36,628 bases of DNA from a virus (lineage: Duplodnaviria > Caudoviricetes). Positions 8,611 through 18,605 of the stretch are shown here, in pieces; positions within the stretch are counted from its first letter, which is position 1; every line of letters begins with the position of its first letter. The position numbers and the translations under genes are program-made. The notes beneath the pieces are model-generated. The model did not search any database. It was given only the letters and a program-made list of their open reading frames with translations, and was not told where the DNA came from. Location: the IMG/VR virus record IMGVR_UViG_3300030376_000807, positions 1 to 36,628 of that record; one strand, 5' to 3'.

Positions 8611-11600
8611 CTACTGATTGAGTTGAGCAGTAAATTCTTGGGTACTTCTTCCCATACTATCGCTTTGTTCATAGATAGGGTCTAATCGACCTCCTCTTCG
8701 TTGTTCTTCTTGCAATTCTTCTGCTGCTCTGATCTGTCTTTCTGTTAAAACAACTTCCATTCTGTATTCATTTGTTGGATCTTCTCTGAATTTTTCCTTG
8801 GCTTTATGTTTAAAGTCGTTCATAATCTCTTGGATGATTTCATTTTTAGCAAAACCTGTTCTTGCATCAGCATCTTTAATAGGATGAATAATATATTTAA
8901 ACTTTTGATATTCATTCTTAGATCTCATTTTATTATATAAAGCTTCCATTAATGTCACATTACCATACTTGCCTAATTTGACTGAATAAATATATTCTTT
9001 ATACTGTCTAAACGCTGGCGCACTAAGCCTTATGCCTTGTCCAAAGTCACTAGGTCTTGGTGGTGGAAAAGTAGCTCCTGCTCTTGAAAGTTTAATCAAT
9101 TCATCATTAACTAATGCAGCTTTATAATTTTTAGTTATAACTCCTTTCTTCTTCTGATTAGGAGTTCTAGGATCAAAGTCATGTCCTTTTGCACCTATTC
9201 CAAATTCACTAGGAGTACCAAGTAAAGTTCCAAAATAAGCTCCTGTTAATCTTGACAACCAAGGTGCATCATCATAAGGAAGTTGATTGCTACCTAAGAA
9301 ACCAGCATTTCTAATTGGTAAGCCAGTTACCCAGTTAATTCTTTCAGGAAGATCTTCAGAGAAACCAGGGATTGTATTTTTTATTTCATCTATCTGCTGT
9401 CTCCAATAACTAGCTACCCAAGTCATTAAAGGATTGCCATCTTGGAACTCTGCATCTGCTTCTTTTAAATAAATTATTCGACCTAAAGCATCTCTTGTTT
9501 TAACAAGTCCTTCATCTGCTTCGTCAAAGGATTGAATTGGAGCAACAGAACTGTCAATAGTTCTCTTATATCTATCCATAGCTCTGCTCGTTTCTCTTAA
9601 ACGACTTGACTCTGGAATGAAGTTAGTAACAAATCGCTGCATATATCTTGATAGTTTATTCCGTTCTGAAGCTTCTAATTCTCTCCTCATAAATCCACCA
9701 TTTGTAATAGGCATTACATCAGCTACAGCATCTATAAGTTCAACAATGCCTTTGTAATAAGTAGAATTAAATCTACCTAACATTACTTGTGCTGCTGTAG
9801 ACATAGAGAATCCTGCTATTAAATCTTTTCTTTCTTTCTCTGACATATCTGCATATAACATCTTGTAGTCAGCTAATCCACCGATAAATGTAGCAGCTGG
9901 TTCAAATGCTCTATAAGAGTGCCACTTTCCATATACAGGATTACCATCTCTATCTCTACCTCTAGTCCTCCAAGATAAAGCTGGTCTTTCTCCATCAGTC
10001 CATTCTTTTCTCATAGAAGGATTGTTTGGCCCATACCCAGTAAATTCAATAGGGAACTCATCATTATTTAAAACAGTCGCTGCAAATAAACCTCCTGTTG
10101 TAGTACCGATAGCTACTTCTGATTTCCATCTATTTTTTAAATAAACATTCTCATTAAATAGATCTCTATAGAAAGTATCGACTGTCATATTTAAACCAGG
10201 AATCATTCTTACCCATTGCTTAGTGATGTCACCAGGAGATCTATTGAAAGGTTGAATGAAACTTGCAAGATAACCATGTTTAGCTGACTGCATTTTTCCC
10301 CAGAACTGAGGTACTTGTGACCACGCAGAAGTCAATGTTGGAGTAAATTCTCCTACACCTGGAAGGTTTTGTAAGTTATCTGCATCTTGAATTGCTCCAT
10401 CAGCAGATCTTGTAAATCTATTCCAAAGCTTTTGTGCTCCTTCAAGTTCTCCATTTCTATAAGCTTTAGCAAATTTTTCAATCTCATTCTCATCAACCAT
10501 TCCTCTTGCTCTTGCTAATTCCATTCCATATCTCTTTGTTCTATTTGGCATCTTTGCTCTTACATCGTCTGTAAAGGTAAGGATTCTTCCTATCTGTAAA
10601 GCTGTCTCATCTTTCATAATTGCATTTGCAATCGTTTCTCCATTGATAACAGCATCAAAGGTGTAGAACTCTACTTTTGCATCAGCCCATTGTTTTGCGT
10701 AATTATCTAACTCAATACCTTGTAAACCTTTTGCAGCTCCTTGAATCATTCCTTCGTCTAGCCCAACAACATAAGCAAGAGAATTACCAGCCAAGCTTTT
10801 AGTAAATGTATCTAAAGCTAACTGACCTCTAATATTCCAAGTACCTAATCTCCATAAAACATTTGCTGTATGGTGAGCAGGGTTGTTTTTTAACTCATTA
10901 ATAAAAGGAGTATTGTTTAAATCGTAAGAAGGATGAGGATCATCTAACTGATAAGCACGATTTTTAGCATAAGTATTATTCATATCCACCTGACCTGCTA
11001 CATCACCAGCCCACGCACCTGTTCTTATTTTTGGATCGTATAAGGATTGTCCTGTTAACCATGCTTTTTGACCCAACTTTAACGAGCCATAGAAAGTTCT
11101 AATCATGTAGTTATATTGTTGTATTGCCATCTTTGGATTTAAGTTAGTAGCTCCCATGAACGCAGGTTCAGCAACTGTTCTTATTAATCCAGAACCTTGT
11201 ACTGCCCAAGTTTTAGCTGCACTTAATAAGTTATTAACGTAGTAGACAGCTAATCCTTTTCCTTTCTTTTCCCAGTCAGTTATATTTCTTGCTCGTTGAA
11301 CACCTTCTTTTGCTTCTGGAGCACCAAGAAAATCTTGAATAGTTTTTAATCCAGTATCTGTATCTGCTATAAGTGTTTCTATTTGATGTCTAAAAGATTC
11401 AGCTCTAGGTGTCCATTCTCCTGTATCTAAAGCTTTTATATATTCAGGAGGCAGGTTTGTATAAACAACATCTGGTGGAACCTTAGCTGCTTCAGCAATA
11501 GCAGAAGCTCTGTCGAAACTTAAACTTTGTCTCTTTAATGTTTCAGTAATACCTTGAGAATTAATTTGTGTTTGTGCTGTTTGTAGTAATTGACCTGCAC

Positions 11601-14600
11601 TTCTTGTCCATATCTGATAAACCCTAGAGAATTGCAATGCTGTATTTAAGTATCTGTGCATTTCATTTACTGCTGCAATCCTGTCAATAGCAGGATTATG
11701 AACAGAACTAATTGATTGACTTGCCCAATAAGCTGCTTTTTCAGAAGCGAAATTTAAACCGAATTTTAATTTAATTAGATTAGTTGCATTTTCTACATTG
11801 TTTTGGAATATCTCTGTTGCTCCTGTGAGTTTCTCATCAAAGAGGATTTGTTTAAGATCTATACCTTGTTCACGGAATACAGATTCTAATTCCTGTGCAA
11901 TCTTTCTACCGCTTAAAGCTGGCATCCCTGTTGCTTGGATGCGATCCCACCTCTTGCTAATTGCATTTAAGATGACTTCAAAGTCAGAGCCTGGCTCACT
12001 TGCATCTGAGTAATATTGTCTTCCTGAAGGAGATCTCATCCTGGTTACGTCTTGTTCTATATTCCACATGCCAGCAGCATTTAATAATCTTTCGTCTCCA
12101 TCAAGAATCTTTCGATAAGTATTTAAGACATCATCATCAAGACCTTCACGATCAAAGCCAGGAGAACTATCCCAAGGATCTTCTGGAATACCTCCTTTCC
12201 TTTTATAGGTAGTAACACCATCTCCATATAAAAAGTCATCGAAGATAGATGTTTCAGATACTTCAAGTCTTCCTCCTTTTATAAGAATATCGACAGCATC
12301 TAGCATTGCAGCTCCTTCAATACTATCTACTCCTTCAGGATTGAAATAACTGTCCATTGCATATTTTCTTAGCTTCTTCTTATTCCTTCCTTTTAAGTAA
12401 TCGTTAAATACTTTCTCAGTATTAGGGCCACCTAATGTTGCATGTATCCGAACCCATAATTCTTTAAAGAAGATACCAACATCTTGAAGAAGTCTTCTAA
12501 AACTTCCTTCAGGTGCAAGTGCTTTTTTATTTATATGTAAAAAGAATTGATCTTTTAACATCTCTGCAAAATATTCATCCATCGAAGTAAATCTATAATT
12601 TCCGTCTGTGTATCTACCTTCTTTGAAGCCTCTTAATTCTGCTTGAGCCTGTTTATGAATCTGAAATTCTTTATAGTTTTTATCTAATTGCTTATATTCA
12701 GGATGTTTCAAGAAAGCCTCATCAACATCTTGTATTGAGAAATTTTCCATTGCATAGGTATATTCATCTCCAGATAACTTATTAATATCTTTTAATAGTT
12801 TTGCTTCTATTTCATCTCTAATCTTTTCAACTTTAATAGCCCATCCTTTTTCTAAATCTTTAACTTGTTTTGCACTTAAAACTTTTCCATCTACACCTTC
12901 AGGATCTCTAATTAATTTCTTATTAATATCTTTTAAATATCTTTCTCTTGCTGTTTTCCATTCTTTTGCATATCTTTTTAAATCTTTTGCAGGTAAATAA
13001 CGAGATAAAGTATGCCAAAGTTCATGTACCATAGTATCTTTAAACTCTCCTTTAGCAATGGTTTTACGGTCTATTTCTATTAACTTTCTTGCGAAATTAA
13101 ATCTACCTTCGGCACTAATTTGTTTAAGACTTAATGCAACATCATCAAACAATTCTTCTCCCATTAAATCAATAAATTGATAAATAGATTCGTAGTCGTC
13201 ACGATGATAAACATGTGAAGTTATAAATGATGGATATTCTCCAGGCTTTCCAGGTACTCTTGTCTTAAATTCTTGTCCGACTAAACTTCTTAACTTAGCT
13301 TTTATTTTGTCAACACCTCTATAATTTGCAAGACTAATTCCTTTTGCATCTGCTATTGATGGGAAACCTTTTTCTCCAGGTATATTTTGAGGTCTATTAG
13401 CTTTTAAATTTTCAATAATCTCACTAACAGTACGGCCTTCCATAACCATTGCTGCTACATTCTCATCTACTTTTCTTTTTCTATCTCCTCCCCAGAACTC
13501 AACATCTTTAGGTTTCCAAGCATCATCACCTGGCCCCCACCAGTAAGGAACATCTCCTGACTCAATGGCATCAGCCATCTCTTTAGCATGTTGAGCTGCA
13601 AAATTACCTTCCATCTCATCATCTAATTGTTTTATTACTTCATCACTATCAGTTGCTGATCTTCTAATAGATCCTTCTAATTCTTCAATAGGAAAATCTG
13701 GGGAACTAGAAACATTGTTAGGCCAATCTTGTCCTGGGAATGATTCCTCTTGAGCTAACTTAGGATCATAGGATTCGTTTCTAGGATCAAGTTCTGCTGC
13801 TCTTTGAGCATCTTCTATCTTTGCTACTCTTTCTGGAGAAATATCATTACCTTTAGAATCAATCCATCCAGTGTTGTATTTAGGAGTTTCGGGAGGGAGA
13901 ACGTCAGGAGTAATAGATCCTTCTAAATTTTTTAGTCGTGCTTGTAAAGACTTATTAGTTCGATTCCATTTGTTCCAAGTTTTATATTCTGGAGTATGTT
14001 TTCCATTAACGATACTTTTTCCTTTTGCTGGCTTTGGTGGCTCTGGGCCTAACTCTTCTATTTGTTTTCTAACAGAATCAAGATCACCAGTAACAGTTTT
14101 AACTCCTCGTTTTTCTGCAATTAATCCTCTTCTTGTTCGTTGTTGTTTCCATAGTGCATCTCTTTGTTCTATAGGAAGATGAGCTAATGATTTATCAAAA
14201 GCAGCTCTATCTGTTCTTGCTACCTTTTGCTCATCAGTAAGTTTTTTTCTTATCTCAGGTATTGATGCTAATTCTTCTCCTTGCTTAATAACTTTAGGAA
14301 GTAGTTCTTTATATTCTGCTGATCCTTTTGGAGTGTCGGCTAACTTCTTTGCTAGTTTTTTTGCTTTTATAATCTTTAAAGCAGAGTTCCCAGTAATAGC
14401 TCCACCAATACCAAGATCAATAAAGAATCCTTCTAAAGCATTTTTTGCACGACCTTTTAATCCTTCATCATCAGGATTTGTTTCTAATACATTTATGAGA
14501 GGAATTTTTTCGACAACATCCCATTTATCAGCTTCTTTTACTAAGTCATAAAGACGACCTTCATACTGATCGAAACCAGCAAAATCAATAGCAGCTGCTT

Positions 14601-15171
14601 TAGGACTTGTTTCAGTTAAAACTTTTGATCCAAACTTAGTTAAAGACTGTGCAGCTTTTGGAGCGACAGGAGATTTACCCGCTAATGCAATAGCTCCAGC
14701 TTCTATCTTCTTTGCTTTAGTTCCAATATTTGCAAGAGCTTTACTTCCTCTAACTCCATAGCTAACACCTTTTAAAGCTTTAGAAAGAAGAACCCATTCC
14801 AATCCAAACTGAAGTATTCCTGTTCCAATATCTTCGATAACACCACTACTCTCTAGTGTTTCAGGTTTCCAATCACCAAGACCAAGAATAGCTTTATCAG
14901 GTTCAGCTCTTGTAGTTCCTTCACCTACACCTACAGCTCCACCAATATCTCTAATTGTGTCGCTACCTTCTTGAACAGCATTAATTCCTGCATTGATAAA
15001 CATGCGAGGAATAGCTTTAGCAGTACCTACTAAAAGGTTGTCATCTTTATTTGCATCTAAAGCAGTAAAACCTTTTTGCTCTTGTTCTTGTTCTTTAATT
15101 TGAGTTGGAGCAGCTTGCCATTGAAGTCTTTTTTCTCCAGTCTCAGGATCAGTGACCGTTATGTAAGGCAT
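8611..15171 (-). CDS. gp16: Large internal virion (ejection) protein, gp16-like, with zincin-like insert
   Basis: 2186 aa, last internal protein before fibre; HELWH (13012-13026) and DEYFAE (12562-12579). Confidence 0.8.
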   Translation of the reverse strand: MPYITVTDPETGEKRLQWQAAPTQIKEQEQEQKGFTALDANKDDNLLVGTAKAIPRMFINAGINAVQEGSDTIRDIGGAVGVGEGTTRAEPDKAILGLGDWKPETLESSGVIEDIGTGILQFGLEWVLLSKALKGVSYGVRGSKALANIGTKAKKIEAGAIALAGKSPVAPKAAQSLTKFGSKVLTETSPKAAAIDFAGFDQYEGRLYDLVKEADKWDVVEKIPLINVLETNPDDEGLKGRAKNALEGFFIDLGIGGAITGNSALKIIKAKKLAKKLADTPKGSAEYKELLPKVIKQGEELASIPEIRKKLTDEQKVARTDRAAFDKSLAHLPIEQRDALWKQQRTRRGLIAEKRGVKTVTGDLDSVRKQIEELGPEPPKPAKGKSIVNGKHTPEYKTWNKWNRTNKSLQARLKNLEGSITPDVLPPETPKYNTGWIDSKGNDISPERVAKIEDAQRAAELDPRNESYDPKLAQEESFPGQDWPNNVSSSPDFPIEELEGSIRRSATDSDEVIKQLDDEMEGNFAAQHAKEMADAIESGDVPYWWGPGDDAWKPKDVEFWGGDRKRKVDENVAAMVMEGRTVSEIIENLKANRPQNIPGEKGFPSIADAKGISLANYRGVDKIKAKLRSLVGQEFKTRVPGKPGEYPSFITSHVYHRDDYESIYQFIDLMGEELFDDVALSLKQISAEGRFNFARKLIEIDRKTIAKGEFKDTMVHELWHTLSRYLPAKDLKRYAKEWKTARERYLKDINKKLIRDPEGVDGKVLSAKQVKDLEKGWAIKVEKIRDEIEAKLLKDINKLSGDEYTYAMENFSIQDVDEAFLKHPEYKQLDKNYKEFQIHKQAQAELRGFKEGRYTDGNYRFTSMDEYFAEMLKDQFFLHINKKALAPEGSFRRLLQDVGIFFKELWVRIHATLGGPNTEKVFNDYLKGRNKKKLRKYAMDSYFNPEGVDSIEGAAMLDAVDILIKGGRLEVSETSIFDDFLYGDGVTTYKRKGGIPEDPWDSSPGFDREGLDDDVLNTYRKILDGDERLLNAAGMWNIEQDVTRMRSPSGRQYYSDASEPGSDFEVILNAISKRWDRIQATGMPALSGRKIAQELESVFREQGIDLKQILFDEKLTGATEIFQNNVENATNLIKLKFGLNFASEKAAYWASQSISSVHNPAIDRIAAVNEMHRYLNTALQFSRVYQIWTRSAGQLLQTAQTQINSQGITETLKRQSLSFDRASAIAEAAKVPPDVVYTNLPPEYIKALDTGEWTPRAESFRHQIETLIADTDTGLKTIQDFLGAPEAKEGVQRARNITDWEKKGKGLAVYYVNNLLSAAKTWAVQGSGLIRTVAEPAFMGATNLNPKMAIQQYNYMIRTFYGSLKLGQKAWLTGQSLYDPKIRTGAWAGDVAGQVDMNNTYAKNRAYQLDDPHPSYDLNNTPFINELKNNPAHHTANVLWRLGTWNIRGQLALDTFTKSLAGNSLAYVVGLDEGMIQGAAKGLQGIELDNYAKQWADAKVEFYTFDAVINGETIANAIMKDETALQIGRILTFTDDVRAKMPNRTKRYGMELARARGMVDENEIEKFAKAYRNGELEGAQKLWNRFTRSADGAIQDADNLQNLPGVGEFTPTLTSAWSQVPQFWGKMQSAKHGYLASFIQPFNRSPGDITKQWVRMIPGLNMTVDTFYRDLFNENVYLKNRWKSEVAIGTTTGGLFAATVLNNDEFPIEFTGYGPNNPSMRKEWTDGERPALSWRTRGRDRDGNPVYGKWHSYRAFEPAATFIGGLADYKMLYADMSEKERKDLIAGFSMSTAAQVMLGRFNSTYYKGIVELIDAVADVMPITNGGFMRRELEASERNKLSRYMQRFVTNFIPESSRLRETSRAMDRYKRTIDSSVAPIQSFDEADEGLVKTRDALGRIIYLKEADAEFQDGNPLMTWVASYWRQQIDEIKNTIPGFSEDLPERINWVTGLPIRNAGFLGSNQLPYDDAPWLSRLTGAYFGTLLGTPSEFGIGAKGHDFDPRTPNQKKKGVITKNYKAALVNDELIKLSRAGATFPPPRPSDFGQGIRLSAPAFRQYKEYIYSVKLGKYGNVTLMEALYNKMRSKNEYQKFKYIIHPIKDADARTGFAKNEIIQEIMNDFKHKAKEKFREDPTNEYRMEVVLTERQIRAAEELQEEQRRGGRLDPIYEQSDSMGRSTQEFTAQLNQ

Positions 15172-15177
15172 TTGTTA

Positions 15178-18100
15178 CTACGCAATATCAGACCTTCCTC
15201 CTATGGTACTGGATTCATCGTATCTAGGCTTGTTCTGATTTAAGATAATTTCTTTTGCCCTCTTCCTTGCTTCATCCATGAATGGAAGATGTAGCTTATC
15301 TTCGTAACTAGCCCAAGCATTAAACAACCCTTCTTTATTATCATTTAACCAAGGCTCATTTTTAACAATATCGTAAGCAGCTTTTGCGTTCATATTTATA
15401 TCGAATAAATTATTTCGACCATTTAACCAAGACCATTTTTCTTCTCGCCATTTCCCTAAGTTTGGTGTGGCTCCTGTGTCAAGCATATTTATTTGAAGAA
15501 CTCCATAACTTTCATCTGTATCATTTAAAGAAGTATGATTTCTAATACTTCGTGTATGTGATTCTGCCATCGCAATGGCAAGCATTGTTGTAAGTTCTTC
15601 TTCATTTGTAAAACCTGCTTTATATAGAGCATTACCAAACTCTGTTTGTCTTTGAGGTAAAGGTGTATTTTTTTCCCATACTCGATCAAACGCTGCTTCT
15701 TGTTGTCCTTTTAAATTTGAAGGAACTTCTTTAATATTATTAATTGGTGGAAGCATCCCAGGTTGTAAATCTCCTGCTATTAATGTCCCTCTATCTAGTA
15801 TTGAAGATGCTTGGTTATTATCTTTTTTTTCATCCTTAAGTTCATAAGCTTTAATCCATCCTTTTCCTGGCTCTGATGTTTCTCTTGGTACAGGTGCATA
15901 TCGTTTTTTATCATCAGCATTTAATTTATTATATTCAGTCTTATTAATTGTTTTTTCAAGGTTTGTACTTGGTGGAATGAATAATTTATCAAGAAGTTCA
16001 GTTGTTCTATTAATTGTATCTTCATCAGCTCCATGAGCTTTAGCTTGAGCAAGGAAATATTCTTTAGGTGTTAAACCTGTAACTCTTAATATTTTATCTA
16101 TTGATTCAAAACCAATATTACGCCAACGGTAATTTAAAGGCGTAGCTATTTCCTTCCAGTTTAAACTTCCATCTCTATCTTCGTTAGCTAACTGTTCTAA
16201 TGCTTCAAGTTCTTGAGTAAATACATCTGCATCATAAATAGGTGTCGTTGTGACTTCTGTTTTTAAATCTGCATTAAATTGGTCATTGCCTCTTCCTTTT
16301 AACCCCCCTAATTCCTGAATATATTTCTTAGGTGTTATTGGTTTAACAGGCTTAAGTTCATAAGCTTTAATCCATCCTTTTCCTGGCTCTGATGTTTCTC
16401 TTGGTACAGGTGCATATTGGTTTCTTTCAGAAATAGGAAGCTCATTATATTCTTCTTTTGAAATAGTAGTTTTAGTTTCTTCTTCTATTTGTTTTGTAAA
16501 AGAACCTGATAAATTTTCCGTTGTTGTTTCTTGTGTTGGAGGTGTTGTTGTTTCTTGTGTTGGAGGTGTCCACTTCCCTGTTCTAACCTTTTCTATCTCA
16601 CCATCAATCTCACCTGTTGAAGTACCTGCTCCTAATAATTTTATTTCTCTATCTTTTATTATTTTAATTCTTTCACCATAACTTAATTCGTTAGCTGCTC
16701 CATAAGTATCATTTGCAAATTTCTTAAACTCGTCTATACGTTCAGTAAATTCTTGTTGAATAGTTGATTCCCAATTTCTAGGATCTGTATCTTTAGAACC
16801 TCCTGTTATCTTTGCGTTCTTTTCTGACATTAAAATTTTTAATCTACCTTCTAAAGCAACATAAGAATCTTTCATTCTGGCATCGAAAGATGCTCTTCTT
16901 TCTGTTATATCTGTTCTCAAGGTTTCATCTTGAATCAAGAAACTCTTTTGTGTACTATTAATCCATCCTTCATTTGCAAAGTAATGAATTAAACTTTTAG
17001 TTTGTATTGGATTGTTGGAAGTATAAATTCTATTTCTTAACCATTCTTCATTTTCATTTTGTTCCTGAATACCTACAACTTCCATCCATTTATCTTGAGC
17101 CTCATTTAAACTTTGTATATGTGCTCTTCGCTCATGTTCTGTTTCATATAATTTATAAGCTTCTCTTTTCTTTGTTGCAAATTCATTCAAGACTGCTTGT
17201 AAGTTATTACTATTTATACCTGCTTGTATTAAATGTTCTTTCTCTCCTACTTTATAAGTATGATTCATACTGCTTGTATAAGAATCAATTTCATCAGTTG
17301 CCCAATTAGAATCTTTAGCTTTATTTACAATATCTGTAGCAATAGTATCACCTGCTTTAGAAGCTTTTTCTGCCTCTGCTGCATCATTAACTCTTGCACT
17401 TTCTAATACTATTTCTGACGTAGCATTATCCCACATTCTTTTTAATACATGCTTATCAAATCTGTCAGTTAATAACTGTCCTTTTCCTGCACCTATTCTT
17501 GTATTTAAAATCATTGTCCATGCTCTATCCGAAAGATCATTTATCTCTGAAGAATCATTAGCAACTAATCCTACTGTTTCAGCTATATCTGATAAGAATT
17601 TAGTAGGTTCTGTTATTTCACGATATTTTTTATTCGACATACCTGAGACAAGGTAGGCATGATTGAAGTTATTAGTATAAGCAAAATGTACTCCTGAAAA
17701 ATTTGGGTCGTCATCATCTCTTCCTGCAATATCTGTACCACCTGAAATCTTTCCTAACGAAGCGTTCTTTGCATCTGAAAGTGTATCTGCGTAAAGCATC
17801 TTGATTGATTCATAACCTTTATCATCTTTATATTTTGCATGTTGTGTTGAAAGACTTCTTCTTGTGTTATAGATAGCTGCATTAATTTCATTTGCAAGTT
17901 CTAATCTTGCTTGTGGATTAATATCTTTGAATTGATCTGTTGCCCATTTTGTCCATTCAGGAGTAGAAGGGTTAAGTGGAATAATATCTCCTAATTCATC
18001 TACTCTTGTTTCATCACCAAAACTTGCTTGATAAGCTTCGTCAGCAAGATTTTGAAAGTTAGTAATTCTGTCTCTTACTTGATGTTTTGCTTTAACAATT

Positions 18101-18603
18101 GCATATTCTCTTTCTACTCTTTGATCCATTGAAGCAAAAAGTCCATAGCTATTAGCAGCTTCTGGATCTTTTTCTGCTTTGCTTTCAAGGATTCCTTTTG
18201 CTTTGTTTAGCTGAACATTTGAATCTTCTGTTAGTGCTTTTATTTCTGCTTTTTCTCTAGCAATAGAATCTAAACTCTTTTCATACTTTGGAATCTCACC
18301 AAGAAAAGATTGCAGCCTTGTATTAACTTCACCGAAAGCATCAGCGAGGTTTCTTAAATTCTGACTATCATCAGGAATCTCTAGTGCATCAGGGATTTGA
18401 ATAGCACTAGGAACACTTAAAGGTTGAGACTGAAAGTAATCTTGACTATTGGTTCTTATCTTTTGACTTTCACCTGGGCCTGACATTCTAAAGTTTTTTA
18501 TTACACCACCTGTTTCACCTGGAGCAGCAGAAGTTCTTCTAGAGCTTTGTCTATCAGAAGTCCCTGAAGACTTCCCGTGAGTGTACTTACCAGTTCTTGC
18601 CAT
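15178..18603 (-). CDS. gp15: Internal virion protein gp15-like with C-terminal lytic transglycosylase/lysozyme-like domain
   Basis: Position; helical composition; LAIAMAES (catalytic Glu), SYGVLQIN, NAKAAY, AWASY motifs. Confidence 0.8.
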   Translation of the reverse strand: MARTGKYTHGKSSGTSDRQSSRRTSAAPGETGGVIKNFRMSGPGESQKIRTNSQDYFQSQPLSVPSAIQIPDALEIPDDSQNLRNLADAFGEVNTRLQSFLGEIPKYEKSLDSIAREKAEIKALTEDSNVQLNKAKGILESKAEKDPEAANSYGLFASMDQRVEREYAIVKAKHQVRDRITNFQNLADEAYQASFGDETRVDELGDIIPLNPSTPEWTKWATDQFKDINPQARLELANEINAAIYNTRRSLSTQHAKYKDDKGYESIKMLYADTLSDAKNASLGKISGGTDIAGRDDDDPNFSGVHFAYTNNFNHAYLVSGMSNKKYREITEPTKFLSDIAETVGLVANDSSEINDLSDRAWTMILNTRIGAGKGQLLTDRFDKHVLKRMWDNATSEIVLESARVNDAAEAEKASKAGDTIATDIVNKAKDSNWATDEIDSYTSSMNHTYKVGEKEHLIQAGINSNNLQAVLNEFATKKREAYKLYETEHERRAHIQSLNEAQDKWMEVVGIQEQNENEEWLRNRIYTSNNPIQTKSLIHYFANEGWINSTQKSFLIQDETLRTDITERRASFDARMKDSYVALEGRLKILMSEKNAKITGGSKDTDPRNWESTIQQEFTERIDEFKKFANDTYGAANELSYGERIKIIKDREIKLLGAGTSTGEIDGEIEKVRTGKWTPPTQETTTPPTQETTTENLSGSFTKQIEEETKTTISKEEYNELPISERNQYAPVPRETSEPGKGWIKAYELKPVKPITPKKYIQELGGLKGRGNDQFNADLKTEVTTTPIYDADVFTQELEALEQLANEDRDGSLNWKEIATPLNYRWRNIGFESIDKILRVTGLTPKEYFLAQAKAHGADEDTINRTTELLDKLFIPPSTNLEKTINKTEYNKLNADDKKRYAPVPRETSEPGKGWIKAYELKDEKKDNNQASSILDRGTLIAGDLQPGMLPPINNIKEVPSNLKGQQEAAFDRVWEKNTPLPQRQTEFGNALYKAGFTNEEELTTMLAIAMAESHTRSIRNHTSLNDTDESYGVLQINMLDTGATPNLGKWREEKWSWLNGRNNLFDINMNAKAAYDIVKNEPWLNDNKEGLFNAWASYEDKLHLPFMDEARKRAKEIILNQNKPRYDESSTIGGRSDIA
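15835..16417. repeat. Perfect 67-bp direct repeat (15835-15901 and 16351-16417)
   Basis: CTTAAGTTCATAAGC...GGTACAGGTGCATAT identical in both copies; encodes YAPVPRETSEPGKGWIKAYELK. Confidence 0.95.
16521..16568. repeat. Tandem 2 x 24-bp repeat (TPPTQETT x2)
   Basis: TTGTTGTTTCTTGTGTTGGAGGTG twice. Confidence 0.95.
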
Positions 18604-18605
18604 AA

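Noticed and set aside
15835-16417. 67-bp repeat as DGR template/variable repeat or CRISPR
   Set aside because: Copies are identical (no adenine-specific differences), both are coding, there are only two, and there is no reverse transcriptase or cas gene.
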